Assembly (NCBI GenBank): GCA_035221665.1
Contig: CM069137.1
Location: 25,234,001-25,298,000 of the forward strand
Origin: Okamejei kenojei
Taxonomy: Eukaryota
Length of the DNA stretch: 64,000 nt
Direction of reading: 5' to 3'
Numbering within the stretch: position 1 is the first letter of the stretch; every line of letters begins with the position of its first letter. The notes beneath the pieces were generated by a model. The model had not been told where the DNA came from. It was given only the letters and a program-made list of their open reading frames with translations, and ran no database searches. Positions 26,085 through 38,459 of the stretch are shown piece by piece. A program made the translations under genes and the position numbers.

Positions 26085-27615
26085 AATATTTTACTGTCAT
26101 ATTCATTGGCACCAGAACAATACAATTCTTACTCACTGGAGGGAATATTAACGCATCAACATTACAAATACTTATATGATAAACAATAATGCAACAAATG
26201 ATCTGTTATACCAGGTGATCATACCATAATAGTGCAAGCCGAACGACGTAGTATAACCTTTAACAAACTCCATAGTATGATGGTGAGGTAGGGCTGTGCA
26301 GGGTGGTTTAAGAGCCTCATGGCTGATAAGAAGTTGTTCCTGAACTTGGAAGTAATGGTTTTCAGGCACCTGTATCATCTTCCTGATGGTAGCTGTGAGA
26401 TGAGAGCATGGTTGAGGTAGTGCGGATCTTTGATGATATTATGCTCCTTTCTTGAGGCAGGGCTTCCTATAGATTCCTTCAATGGTGGGGAGGTCAATAT
26501 CTGTGATGGTCTGGGCAATGTCCACCACTTTCTGTAGTCCCTGTGATCCTTGGTGTTCAAGTTACCAAACCAGGCTGTGATGCAAAAAGTCAACTTGTTC
26601 TTCATCATACACCCGTAAAAGTTTGTAGGAGTATTCAACGACATGCTGAATCACCACAAACCTTTGAGGAAATAGAGGTATGGATGACCTATCTATGTGA
26701 TTTTATCAATGTACTGAGCCCAGGATAGAGATGTGCAAGCAGAGGAACTTAAAGATGTTGACTCTTTCCATCAATACCCTGCTGATGAAGACAGGTTCAT
26801 GGGCCCTCTGCTTTCCCTTTTTGCTCAGCTCCTCGGTCTTGCTGGCATTGAGAGCAACATTGCTATTCTGACAGTACTTAACCTGATTATCAATCCCCCT
26901 CCTGTATTCTGATTTGTTACAAATTATTCATTCAACAATGGTAGTATTGTCAACAAATTTAAAGATGGTGTTGCAGCTGTGTTTGGCTACACATCATGGA
27001 TTTAGAGTAAGTAGAGCAGGGAACTAAGCACATAACCTTGAGGTGTCCCTATACTAATAGTCAGTGAGTAAGTAGTGTTGTTGGGAATTCATACTGCTTG
27101 AGGTCCGCTGATAGGAAGTCAAGGATCCAGTTGCATAGGGATAAATAGATCCCCAGTTCCATGAACTGATGAGTTTAGAGGGTGATGGTATTGAATGTTC
27201 AGCTTTAGTCAATGAAGAAGGGTCTCGACCCGAAACGTCACCCATTTCTTCTCTCCAGAGATGCTGCCTGTCCTACTGAGTTACTCCAGCATTTTGTGTC
27301 TATATGTAGTCAATGAACAACAGCCTGGTGTGCTTATTCCTATAGTCCAAGTGGTCCAGTGCAGAATGGAGAGCCAGAAAGATTGCATCCGCTGTTAATC
27401 CATTGTGGCAGTCAGCAAATTGGAGTGGGTCTTGATCCATACAAAGACTGGAGTTGATATGCATCACAACCTACTTCTTGATGTACTTCAATCACAATAG
27501 ACCTGAGTGCCACCATTTGGTAATTGTTGGTCTATCACTTTGCTCTTCTTGGACATCGACATTACGGGTATCCCTTTAAAGCAGGTGGAGACCTCAGAAC
27601 GTGGTGGTGAGAGGT
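26085..27615 (-). mobile_element. Rex1/Babar LINE, degenerate RT and 3' end
   Basis: GTPQG (27033-27048), KFVDNTT (degenerate FADD, 26943-26960), CITAWFGN, IIKDPHY...LPSGR. Confidence 0.8.
27217..27306 (+). mobile_element. Penelope-derived mini-element; 11-bp TSD; nested in Rex1
   Basis: TAGTCAATGAA at 27206-27216 and 27307-27317; core ..GAAGAAGGGTCTCGACCCGAAACGTC. Confidence 0.85.
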
Positions 27616-27674
27616 TTTACCACACTTCCTAAAATCAAGTGTACACTATCCTCCAGCCAAAGTCCAAGAACATG

Positions 27675-27802
27675 TTGAGGGTTCTGACCCCAAACATCAT
27701 CTATTCTTTTTCTCTAGAGATGCTGCCTGACCTGCTGAGTTATTCCAGCATTCTGTTTCTATCTTTGGTAAAAGCCAGCACCTCCAGTTCCTTCCTACAC
27801 AC
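27675..27802 (+). mobile_element. Penelope-derived short element, degenerate
   Basis: AGAGATGCTGCCTGACCTGCTGAGTTATTCCAGC...TTCCTTCCTACAC. Confidence 0.7.
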
Positions 27803-27867
27803 CTGTTTTATGTGTGTAGCTGTAGTTACAAGGCAAGTGTCTCAAAGATCCATTTTATCTCTCCTAT

Positions 27868-28702
27868 TGTGGGATACGATCCCGAAATCAAAGCGAGAAG
27901 CCAGGTGTATTGGGAAGTACCTTTTATTATGTCCTTCCGTGTCGTAAGGAAGTCCACGAGAGAAAGATGGCACCCAAAACCCTTGCCTTTAATCCCTCTG
28001 GTTAAGGGCCCCCTCTGAACTGAACCATTCCCGTGCCGAGGGGTTTGACAGTTAGGATGGCCTGACCCTTGAGAGCCGCCACAGGACCCCCCCCCCCCCC
28101 AGAACCCGAGGCACGAAACACACCGGCGGGCGCACAACCCGGCCGGACCGCGTGCGGAAGTTAGCGGACCAAGGGGCTGGCGGAGGCACAGGTGGAGGGA
28201 CAGGTGGAGGGACAGGTGGAAGGACCAGCGGGAGGACAGGTGGAGTGACAGGCGGAGGGAGCCATGAAGGGGGCCGCCCTCGAGGCCGAGGTCGGGCAAC
28301 CAGCACCGGCTGGTCAATGTCCAGATGTGCCGGCTTCAGCCAGTCAATCGACACAGCCTCTGGCCGGACCCCCATGTCCAACACAAAGGTCATCTGCCCG
28401 TGTTCCAGCACTCGGAACGGGCCCTCGTACGGCCTCTGGAGTGGCGTCCGGTGGGCATCAAGGCACAGGAAAATACACCTGGTACCAATGTGGGGTACGA
28501 TCCCGAAATCAAAGCGAGAAGGCAGGTGTATTGGGAAGTACCTTTTATTATGTCCTTCCGTGTCATAAGGAAGTCCACGAGAGAAAGATTGCACCCAAAA
28601 CCCTTGCCTTTAATCCCTCTGGTTAAGGGCCACCTCTGGGCTGAACCATTCCATTGCCGAAGGGTTTGACAGTTAGGATGACCCTAATTGGGAGCCGCCA
28701 CA
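27868..28702 (-). mobile_element. Internally deleted Gypsy LTR retrotransposon (two LTRs, PBS, integrase C-terminus, PPT); 4-bp TSD CTAT
   Basis: LTRs 28489-28702 and 27868-28083 with TGT...ACA ends; CTAT at 27864-27867 and 28703-28706; PBS TGGTACCAGG at 28478-28487; G-run PPT next to the 3' LTR; GPF motif PLQRPYEGPFRVL...VSIDWLKPAH. Confidence 0.92.
28183..28260 (-). repeat. 12-bp tandem repeat encoding (VPPP)n in the Gypsy integrase tail
   Basis: GGAGGGACAGGT-like units, about 6 copies. Confidence 0.8.
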
Positions 28703-29770
28703 CTATCAACATTCTCTGGCATATTCAATAATACATGCACTAATAAAGTTCTTTAATTTTGCACCTCCTGGACATAGTACTGCCTAGAATCTGACTATGG
28801 CGAGGAAGGAATGCATTTACTAAAATAGGTCTACAAAATCTCGTGACCTCGTTCTCTCATGTTGATTGCTTTAGAAGGTCCTCAAGAACTTTCTTAAATC
28901 CACTATTAATATGATTAGACACAAAAATCACAGTTTTTCACTTCTGTGGCCAACTGTCAGAATGATTTTAAATATATTAAGCGATATACAGATGTGATGG
29001 ACACTGAAAGGACTTCAAGCTGATTTTTGTTATGTTAACGTCTTTCTTTACATTGCAGCATCTTTACTAAATAATTACAATTAATGCAAATCTCCTGTGG
29101 CACATGGAAGTTAGTGTGCCAGGTAGGAGGGTAGTGACATGTGTCAACGATTTAAAAAAATGGATGCACAGATGATAATTCCATTCTTGGTCTAGGTAAA
29201 ATTGACTTGCGTAATGAATTCCAGTGAGATTTTCTTTGTACATTTATTCTGCGCTCTCATAAAACATTTGCCAGTTTGTTGGTCTTAGCCATTTCAGTCA
29301 TTGATTCCTGTTGTGACCACATTCCTACTTAAGCTTAAGCACTTCCTGGCAAGCTAAAGTTGACCTTAAGAGCTTCATGCTGTTAGTTAATCATTGCCAA
29401 CCATCCCCTCATCAACCAACAGAGATCAACTTCCCAGAATAACAGTGTAGCAGGACACCAGGCACTCATTCCTTTGTGTAGTCTTTCTGAATTGAGGGAA
29501 ACAATAATAATACAATGGTGTCTACATGCTGTGATTCCAGTCCCTCTGCCATCTTTACCCTCTTGCGGAATGATAAGTTAAATGTTTCATATTTCATTAC
29601 GATGTCCAGTTATGAATAAAACTAGGGATTTTGAAGTCTTTCCCTTGTGGGATCTTGATTTTCTTTAAGATCATGAGAACCAAGGCATTTGCTAATGGCT
29701 ACCGACTGTGCTAAGATACCAATTTCTCAATCAGCAAATTGCATGATATAGAATCTGACAAAGATTGAGG

Positions 29771-29918
29771 TAAGAAGATAGATACAAAAAACTGCAGTAG
29801 GGTATCGACCCAAAACGTCACCTATTCCTTTTCTCCAGAGATGCTGCCTGACCTGCAGTTACTCCAGGTTTTTGAGTCTGCCTTTGGTTTAAACCAGCAT
29901 CTGCAGTTTCTTCCTACG
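29771..29918 (+). mobile_element. Penelope-derived mini-element with inverted 5' piece; 12-bp TSD (1 mismatch)
   Basis: CAAAGATTGAGG at 29759-29770 and CAAAGATTAAGG at 29919-29930. Confidence 0.75.
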
Positions 29919-30727
29919 CAAAGATTAAGGCAATCCTAATTTAATGAAAAAAAATAGTCCAGGCAGTTGTTGATTTGTAGGAATAGTTTAAAGTCTTATT
30001 AAACAATAGTATGTCATGAGATCCGAGAGTCTATCAGATACTTGATATAATAAATGGTGCATAATAGCTGAGAATTGTTTCTAAAGTTTTGCAACATTTA
30101 TGTTGTTATTCCTCTGTCATACCTGACAAGTTCATCTTGTCTCCACTTTTCCATTTTTTTACAAACATATCCTCTTTGCATATTACTAAAATTTCCATTT
30201 GCCTTTACATTTTAGAGTGTGCGTCTTGATGTCTTTGTAATAAAGTTAATCCCAAATCAAATCCCAAATTAATTAACCTTAGATCAGAAAGAAAGATCAG
30301 GTTGTTCGAGATAATTCTTGCAAAATTATAATATTAGTTTAAGTAAAATAAACTGTATCATCATTGACAGTAATTCTATTTAATCTCCCGTTAAAGCTTA
30401 TAATTATTGTGTTGGAATATAAATAAACAAAACATACTAGTTATCAAAAACAAGTTAAGGAATGCTCATGGTTTTGATTCCTGTTTATAAAATTATATTT
30501 TAAATGAGTAATTATACTTTGTTGATTCAATTGGAATAAAATTAATAGTCTCTAATTTCTTCAGAGCCTGGGTAGAATAAAATGATAATGAGTCGTCAAA
30601 TGGAAGCAGGAAATTGGACAAGACCTGGAAATGCACTATATCATTTTGAGTTCTCCTTTTTAGCCAGAGCCTTGGGATTGACAAAGATCTGTTTTCTATC
30701 TGGCTTTGTATATTCTGAGGTCATTGA

Positions 30728-31000
30728 TTCATAGATTCATACAACGTGTGAACAGGTCATTTGACCCAACTCATCCATGCCCACCTAGGTGTCTCCCTCA
30801 GTTAGTCCCAATTGTCTGTAATTAGGCTCATGTCCCTCTAAACCTTTCTCATCCAGAGCCTGTCCAAATATATTTTAACCATTGTAATTGTACCTGCCTC
30901 TGCCACTTCCACCAGCAGCTCATTTCATATACACACTATCCTCTGTGAAAAAAACATGTCCTTCAGGTATTTCTCACCTTAAAACTATGCCCTCAACTAT
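30728..31000 (-). mobile_element. CR1/HER1 LINE 3' fragment
   Basis: (CATAGATT) tail; TGTCCCTCTAAACCTTTC...ATTGTACCTGCCTC. Confidence 0.7.
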
Positions 31001-31004
31001 GCCC

Positions 31005-31985
31005 TATGAGGCCAATGTGGGAACCACAGATCACATCACAAAGGGGCAGGCAAGTGTATAGATTGCCAAGTGATGCACTCCTGCTGTTTCTACAGGTCTT
31101 CAATGCACTCCTGACACATGGACTTGAGGTTTTCTACTCCATCTCAAATGCTATCTTTCCTTTTTGATAGTCATGTATGAACGATTCCCACAAGTTAGTG
31201 GAGATGTTGTGATCCTTTCAAGGAGGCTTTGAACACAACCTTGAATATTTTCTTTTGTCCACATGATAATTTCTTCCCACAAAGAGCTTGGAATTGAGTA
31301 TCTGTTTTGGCAATGTAATGAAGTGAATGCAAATGACAATAATGAAAAACGTTTTCACCCAGAAAGTTGTGAACCTGTGGCACAGAAGGCAATGGAAGCC
31401 AATCCACTGGATGTATTCAAAAGTGAGTTAGCTATAACTCTTAGAGCTAATGTAATCGAGGGATATGGGGAAAAAGCAGGAACAGGGTACTGATTCTGGA
31501 TGATTAGCCGTGATCATATTGAATGGCGATGCTGGCTCGAAGGGCTAAATGGCCTACTCCTGCACCTATTTTCTATGTTACTTTCTATGTAATGGCCTCT
31601 CTGAAGTAGCTGACAGAATGCTACTGGGAGTCTCAATGGTGTAGATGTTGGCTTCGAATAGGACACCTGTTGTTGTTTCACTTATCTTACATTATCTTAT
31701 TCTCCAAGATAGGGTAAGCCATCTGAACCAACACCAGTGGAGGATTCTGTGGAAGCAGTGTTGGTGGTAGCATTCTTGTGCCTAAAGGCATCTGTGGTAG
31801 TAGTCCATGTAGCAAAGGAGCAATGATCATTGTTGTTCAATGGATCATGAGTATGAAGTTGCAGATCAGAAACATGCATTTTCTCTCTCCAGCACCAGTA
31901 CGCCCTTTGTCAGTCCAGGGAAAGAGTGTCTGAAGAGCAAGACTTTTGAATTAATTGTCTACTGGACCTTGTTTGTTCATCAAAG
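31005..31985 (-). mobile_element. RTE-clade LINE 3' fragment, interrupted by a CR1 3' end (31345-31590, +)
   Basis: Minus-strand peptide remnants YHQHCFHRIL, LPKQILNS and GQKKIFKVVFKASL match the RTE C-terminal region. Confidence 0.65.
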
Positions 31986-34900
31986 GTGCTACACAAGCTT
32001 AGGTTGATTCTTTATTTTTTTTTTTCAGCAACTCAGCATAATGTAAATAGTAAATCAGGGAAGAATACACAATTAATTGGGTACACTTTTTTACTAATTT
32101 GTTACTGTGCTGATACATTGAACTTTTGCCATCAACATTTGAGCCTCATCTTTCCCTAATATATAATATTTGCACCCTTCAATTTCACTTAGCATGTCGG
32201 ATGTTGCACACATTCTGCTTAACTGAATTTGAATTTGTCAATAAAGAAATTATATTTTTCACTTTTAACCAATTTTTGCACATCCTTCATCAGCAATAAA
32301 TGTAAAATTATCAGCTAATAGTCCATCTATATTATGCTTATCTTTACCAAGATCAAGTAGAGATTGGAATGGTCCAGTACTGCACAACTTACTTAACAAG
32401 AACCAAGTTTACAGTGATGGATTTATGCCAGACATGAACAAACATTAGAACTAGGTGCATGTGTCCCATCTGTACTTTATTTTAGACACATTCAAAAATA
32501 ACATTTGAGGTCAAAGTCTTTTAACAATGAGCCATGTACATATCAGCACATCATTTTCTGTTCCTTTACATTAGAAAATTGCATACTGACTATCTCAAAA
32601 TTAGAAAATCTCAACCATGTGCCGCATGCAGACATTTCCCTGTCAATCTCTCTCCAATTTATATTTTCATTACCATGCCTTTCTTTACATATGCAAAAGT
32701 TTAGTGCATTATAAATCATGCAGAACTCAGTATTTCCTTTCCTACTTTTGCTGTTGAATTAATCACTCCTTTTGTTTAAAATGTTTTATTTGGTTTGCTT
32801 TCTTTCCTGTTTTTTTTTTTTATTGCACCATTCATCTTTCTGACTTCGTTTTACAAAAAGGTGGATAATTCAGTTAGTATTCCTGAGGAATTGTTAACTA
32901 CTTTTTAAGCTTGGTACCTGCTGGTATCCGCTGGAGAAAATAGCACAGCTGTGCATCTGGCCTTCTGCTGACCCAGAACCTGTAATGGCATTATCCCATA
33001 GTTTTTGCCAGGTGGGAATGCCAGTGTCTGCAGATCGCTGCACTGTGTGCACCTGGTCTGTCAATTTAAGCTGTCTGTGTAGTCCCCTGGCATAACATCA
33101 TACTTACGATATCACTTAAAGATTGACATACTGTGATTGGGACCTTTCCAGGAACTGTGCTGCATTAGCCAGTCACACCTTCACAAGGCATATTTGTGCC
33201 ATTGCATCTGGCATCACAGACTCCTTTGGAAATTTAAGTTTCTGCACGCACTGATTCTCTGCCAAGGCAAGACGCGCTGCTCACTGCTGGTAGCAGAAGG
33301 GCATGGGGATACTGAGGAACAGGTACAAAAAACCTCTGACACTCGACATACTCCCATTTGTCACTTTGCTCCAAAATTTCCATCTGTGGGGAGTTCCACT
33401 GGGAAATCCTTTGGTGGCAGAATTGGAACTGAAGAGTGAAAAAATAAGTTGCCAAAACAATCAGATGATGCTCCTGAAAGGTTAAGTTAAGCATCATTTT
33501 TCCAGGTGGGAGTTCTTAATCTAATTAGTTTTCTACCCAGAAATGCATGCATGGTATTAATTCCACAGAGATCTGTTAGATGAAGCACTGCCAGATGTTC
33601 CCTTTGTTACACCTCGTAATCATTCCTGAAAACCCTAGGGACATCAAAGTGTTTATTCTATTCCTATTAGAGTACTACTGGTTTCTGAACACATTATGGG
33701 TGGGAGCAGGGGTATGTACCAGTGTTGAAATATGACTGCAAACCGAGCCACATTAAGTGCACCCCTTATGTCCTTGGTGATATGGGGCCATGTGTAGGGC
33801 ACTGTATAGGAGTTTGTGCTAGATTGCACTGTTTATTTGAGTGCAGCTTGCAAGAAATTGTCCAGACTGCTTTAAAATATTTCAGAATTTCCAGCACAAA
33901 TTACATATATTTCATGTTGAGTTTCAACAATCTTATTCATAGATTAAAAACTTCTGCACAAGATGGCCCTGTGTAATATAAACTAGCTACACCCTCAGAC
34001 TAAATTAATCACCATTCTGAGGTTTCCGTTTTGTAAATACTTGCTTTATAACAAGCAAATGTTTGAATATTGTTCCTAAAATTAATTTTCAGTATTTTTA
34101 TTTAAAATGTTTTCATGTTTTATTTTGTAGTTGGACTAATCAGACCGAGTGTTTTGTTTGATGTATTATCCAACTTTTACCATTAACCTGTAATATTTTT
34201 CAATGCAAAATGGTTTCTGAAACAGAGTCCAATTTGGTGATTCATGACAGATTTTGTATTCAAAAGAGTTTGTTCAGAATTTTGGGGAAAAATTACTTAC
34301 TAAAACCATCATTACTCTACATCAGAGTCAGGGATTTTAATCCAAATTGGAAACTCTACCCTCTGTACACTGAAAGTTGCAAGCCTCACTAACCTGTTGA
34401 ATAATATCATGGCTGTGGTTACCTGAACAATGGTACAGCCTGTGAAATTTACCAGTGCCTAAATGTTTATCATTATTCAAAATATAAATGGATAAATACT
34501 CAATAATTCTAATACTAAATTGTTAGCAACCTCAAATAAGAATCTTTCAGGATGCTTACACTGGTACAATCATACTGATATGAAACAGTTTAATTTTCCA
34601 TGTATACTGCAATCACCAATTATGTACAGTGTAAGTTTGATCTAGGGACTTGAGAGTGAAGTCTAATGCAAATTCACTCCAGAGATACCATCGCCAAAAC
34701 TAAACTAAACACCTCATGCTGAAGTTAAATTGTCAGTAATTCCATGCTTAAGGATATGATTTCAACCACTTTTGCCATGCTAAGCAGGAGATAAAACCTT
34801 TGGGCTTCATCACTCTGCCTCTATTTCAACACTTGGGAGCAGGGGTGATCACTTGAATCAGTGAGACAACTTGTACATTTTAACCTGATCGGAGAACCAG

Positions 34901-36146
34901 TCAGGACTCAAAGAACATTCTGAGAGCCAACTGACCCAGAGAAATAATAATGAACAGGTAAAGCCTGCTAGGGTAGAATGGAAGTCAGCAGGAAACTACA
35001 AAGCTTATCATTGTGAGTTGTGAGTCAATTGGATCAGCATAGTATGCCTGGGACCTCAACTTGAATCACCAAGACATCGAAAGCTACAAAGCAAGTGCTG
35101 TAAGTTGAATAGTTGGGTACTGGATATTTGCCATATGCGTGGTGCACTATAGGGACTGATTGTGTGCTGTCACCTGCAAAACTTGCTATGACTGCCATTT
35201 GCAAAATTTACCTGGAGAGCTTTGCAAACCCAAAGCGTGATCTATTTGAGATTTGCGGAGCAGCAGACAGCTGGTATCCTCTCTTTATCCACCAGTGAAA
35301 CATTAACTCCAGTACAGGAAACCAAACAATACTTCCTTCAGTTACTGCCTGAGCTCATTTTCTTCTCCATTGAGTCTTCCTAAATGTACACATACCCCAC
35401 CCCCACCTGAGCACCATCAATGGTGCTGAATTGTTTCCTGTGGCATCTGGTCCACTCACGTCTCAAATTTGACATATTTTTGGTTCTAGCTACTGCCACA
35501 AAGATTGATGATTAAATATGTCTTTCAATTGGAATCACATAAAATGTTTGATAATTTTGGCATGTTGACTACATGACAAATTTGACTCAAGTCAACCTGA
35601 AATTTCCAGAATGAAAAATGATTTTATTCTAGGATTATAGTTCTCTCAACATTTGGATTACAGTCCTGTTGTTGGTGGAACATTAAAAAGCAGACATGTA
35701 CCAAGTCCCACCCCTGTCTTTATTAAATGGTGCGCATGACATCACATCCAGTGGGCTAAGTTCAAACAAAAATCCTTTGATGTTCTTCTGTGTTACATCT
35801 GTGCGCATTTGCTCTTTATGTTTAGTCAGCAGTGCTTAGCTGCATCGGCCAAAATCGTTTGGATTTAGGGTCTAAACCATTATTTCATGTTGCTTATTTT
35901 AACCCACGCTCAAGAACTAAGTAGGAACACACCAGCTAATCACAATCCCATATTATACCTAATAAACACCCTTGCGAACTTGTGTATATAAGGAAGTTAA
36001 AAGGTCAAGGGGGAGTTCAGTACAAATTAAAGTAAATAGGTCAAAATTATTTTTATTTAAATGAAAAACAGACTCGACTGATGAAGATTTTAAATGGTTC
36101 CTTTTAGTGCGCTGCCTCATGGAAACTGATTAATCATATTGTCCTG

Positions 36147-36327
36147 GAGACACAAGGAACTGCAGATGTTGGTATAAAATACAGTGCTGGAGTAACTCAG
36201 CGTGTTAGGCAGCATCTCTGGAGGGGATGGATAGGCAATGTTTTAGGTCGGGAATTTACTTCAGACCCTTGTCTTCCAGAGATGCTACCTGACCTGTTGA
36301 GCAACTCCAGCACCTAGTGTTTTTATC
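36147..36327. mobile_element. Penelope-derived fold-back mini-element; 15-bp TSD
   Basis: AATCATATTGTCCTG at 36132-36146 and 36328-36342; arms GTGCTGGAGTAACTCAGC...CTCTGGA and TCCAGAGATGC...CTCCAGCAC. Confidence 0.85.
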
Positions 36328-36581
36328 AATCATATTGTCCTGTTCCACCTACTCATCAATGAAAGTCAATATATTTTTACTACACTTTTTGGTCACAGCA
36401 GTTGAAACAAAAGGAAATAGGTAGAAATGTGGAATGTAAAGTGTTCATATATTCTGGATATGATTCAGCTTTAATATGATTAGATATTAGATTGGTCAGT
36501 TCAAGGATGCCAGTGTACTCAGCCTGGCAAAGTTGAAATTAGTTCCACTCATTTGCAACCATTTGCCTCAAAAGTGCACAT

Positions 36582-36716
36582 GACATGAATTGAACGGATG
36601 TGATCTGCCAAATCTGGACTGGAGCAGAAACTGGTCTGGAATTGGTCCCAACAGCAGTTGTAAGTGATATTCTTTCCTGAAGTAGTGCTTCCATGCCCAT
36701 TTATCAGCGCTGGAGT
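36582..36716 (-). pseudogene. AEBP2: Captured coding fragment of AEBP2 (first C2H2 zinc finger region)
   Basis: 45 open codons [45 protein letters not shown], closely resembling vertebrate AEBP2 ([46 protein letters not shown], recalled). Flanked by the 11-bp direct repeat TCAAAAGTGCA. Confidence 0.85.
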
Positions 36717-36746
36717 AAAAGTCAAAAGTGCAGGGTAAGTGCCTGC

Positions 36747-37100
36747 TAGAGTCATAGAGTCATACAGGGTGGAACTTGCCCACAGCGACAAGATGCCATA
36801 TCTACACTTGTTCCACCTGCTTACACTTGGCCCATATCCCTCCAAACCTGTCCTATCCATGTATCTGTCTAATTGTTTCTTAAACATTGCAATAGTCCCT
36901 GCCTCAACTATCTCCTCTGGCAGCGCGTTCCATACACCCACCACCCTTTGTGTGAGAATGTTACCCCTCAAATTCCTATTAAATCTCTCCCCCTCACCTT
37001 AAACCTTTGTCCTTTGGTTCTTAATTTGCCTTCTCTATGCAAGAGACTCTGCATTGATCCGATCTATTCCTCTCATGATTTTATAAACCTGTATAAGATC
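36747..37100 (-). mobile_element. CR1/HER1 LINE 3' fragment
   Basis: MRGNILTQRVVGVWNALPEEIVEAGTIAMFKKQLDRYM; (CATAGAGT) tail. Confidence 0.85.
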
Positions 37101-37759
37101 AATACACCTCCATAAGACCAATACACCTCTATAAGATCATCGTTTTATGCTGTTCTCCTTTGTGCTGTTCGAGTTTCACCATGACCACCTGACTGCACAA
37201 ACATGAATCAGAGAGATGAATTCCAATTGCAGAGGTGAGATGGGAAAAAAAACTCATCTTGATATAAGAAGAATATTTTACTGAGTGTGAGCAACAATGG
37301 GGACACTGTCCAATGGGCTGCAATCATTTGCTGCACAAAGAAAGATGTTTGTGATTCTTTCCAGAGTCCTATATAACTCAGGGTTATGGATTGCGGTGTT
37401 AAGGGTTATGGGAAGAAGGCAGGTGAATGGGGTTAAGAAGGAAAGATAGATCAGACATGATTGAATGGCGGAGTAGACTTGATGGCTGAATAGCCTAATT
37501 TTTCCCCTTTCACTTATGACCATATGAAGCCATCACAAACATGCATAATTGATCAATTCACCTGATAACTCAGATAGCCAATGCTCATTTTGACTGGATT
37601 AATGGTCTACTATAATTTTATATCAACAATATAGTTCTTTAGTAAACCTTTCCTTCTCTTTGATGTTCCAAGGATTGGATGGTTCCCGCTTGTTGTTTAA
37701 AAGCTCAGTGGACTACTCTCAAATGGCAACATCCTCTTACTGAATATTTTAATTGCTAA

Positions 37760-38073
37760 AGGGCCTGTCCCACTGTACGAGCTAATTTAAGAGTTTCCCC
37801 ATGTTTCCCCTGATTCGAACTTGGAGAATTACGGTAATAGCCGCTTGTAGGTACTCGGGGCTCTCGTGGACATTTTTCAACATGTTGAAAAATCTTCACG
37901 AGTCTTCACGAGCTTATCGCATTTCCCGAGTACCTGCCGTTAGCGTTACGAGTCGCTAAGAGACATCCCGAGCTCCGACATACCCGTTACGTACATTCTA
38001 CGTGCTTACCACGAGTTTTTTTGTTTTTTTTAACTCTAGAGAGCTCTTGAATTACCTTGTATAGTGGGACAGG
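37760..38073. mobile_element. PIF/Harbinger-type MITE
   Basis: TIR AGGGCCTGTCCCACTGTACGAG ... CTTGTATAGTGGGACAGG (right tip eroded); TAA on the left flank. Confidence 0.75.
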
Positions 38074-38459
38074 AGTATCTTACCTTCAAAAGTAGGAGAT
38101 ATGTCACAAGCTCTAATGATAGAGTTTGCTGTATCTGCTATATTGAACACGGGGGTGGAAGTCCAGTGGTTAGTTGAATCAGGCTGTTTTGATGAGTCTG
38201 ATCTGAATCATTTTGATTCCCACACAGATTAAGAACAGCAGTATAACATTTTTACTTTGCAGGAAAAGCACTGTAATCACATTTGCACCATGCACTTGAA
38301 GTTTTTTGATGTGGACCAGCTGTAAGTTCTGCACAAGACTCAATTAGCAGCTGCATTGTACACAGCATTGTGATTATCTGTCTACGGATGATGTGTGGAT
38401 CTAACTGATGCCCTTTACATTGAGATTTATTAGCTAATGAAGATAATGCATTAAGTAGT

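Noticed and set aside
36549-36971. 140-aa ORF as a CR1-AEBP2 fusion gene
   Set aside because: Chance in-frame juxtaposition of a CR1 tail and the captured fragment; non-ATG start, broken zinc finger and no promoter evidence.
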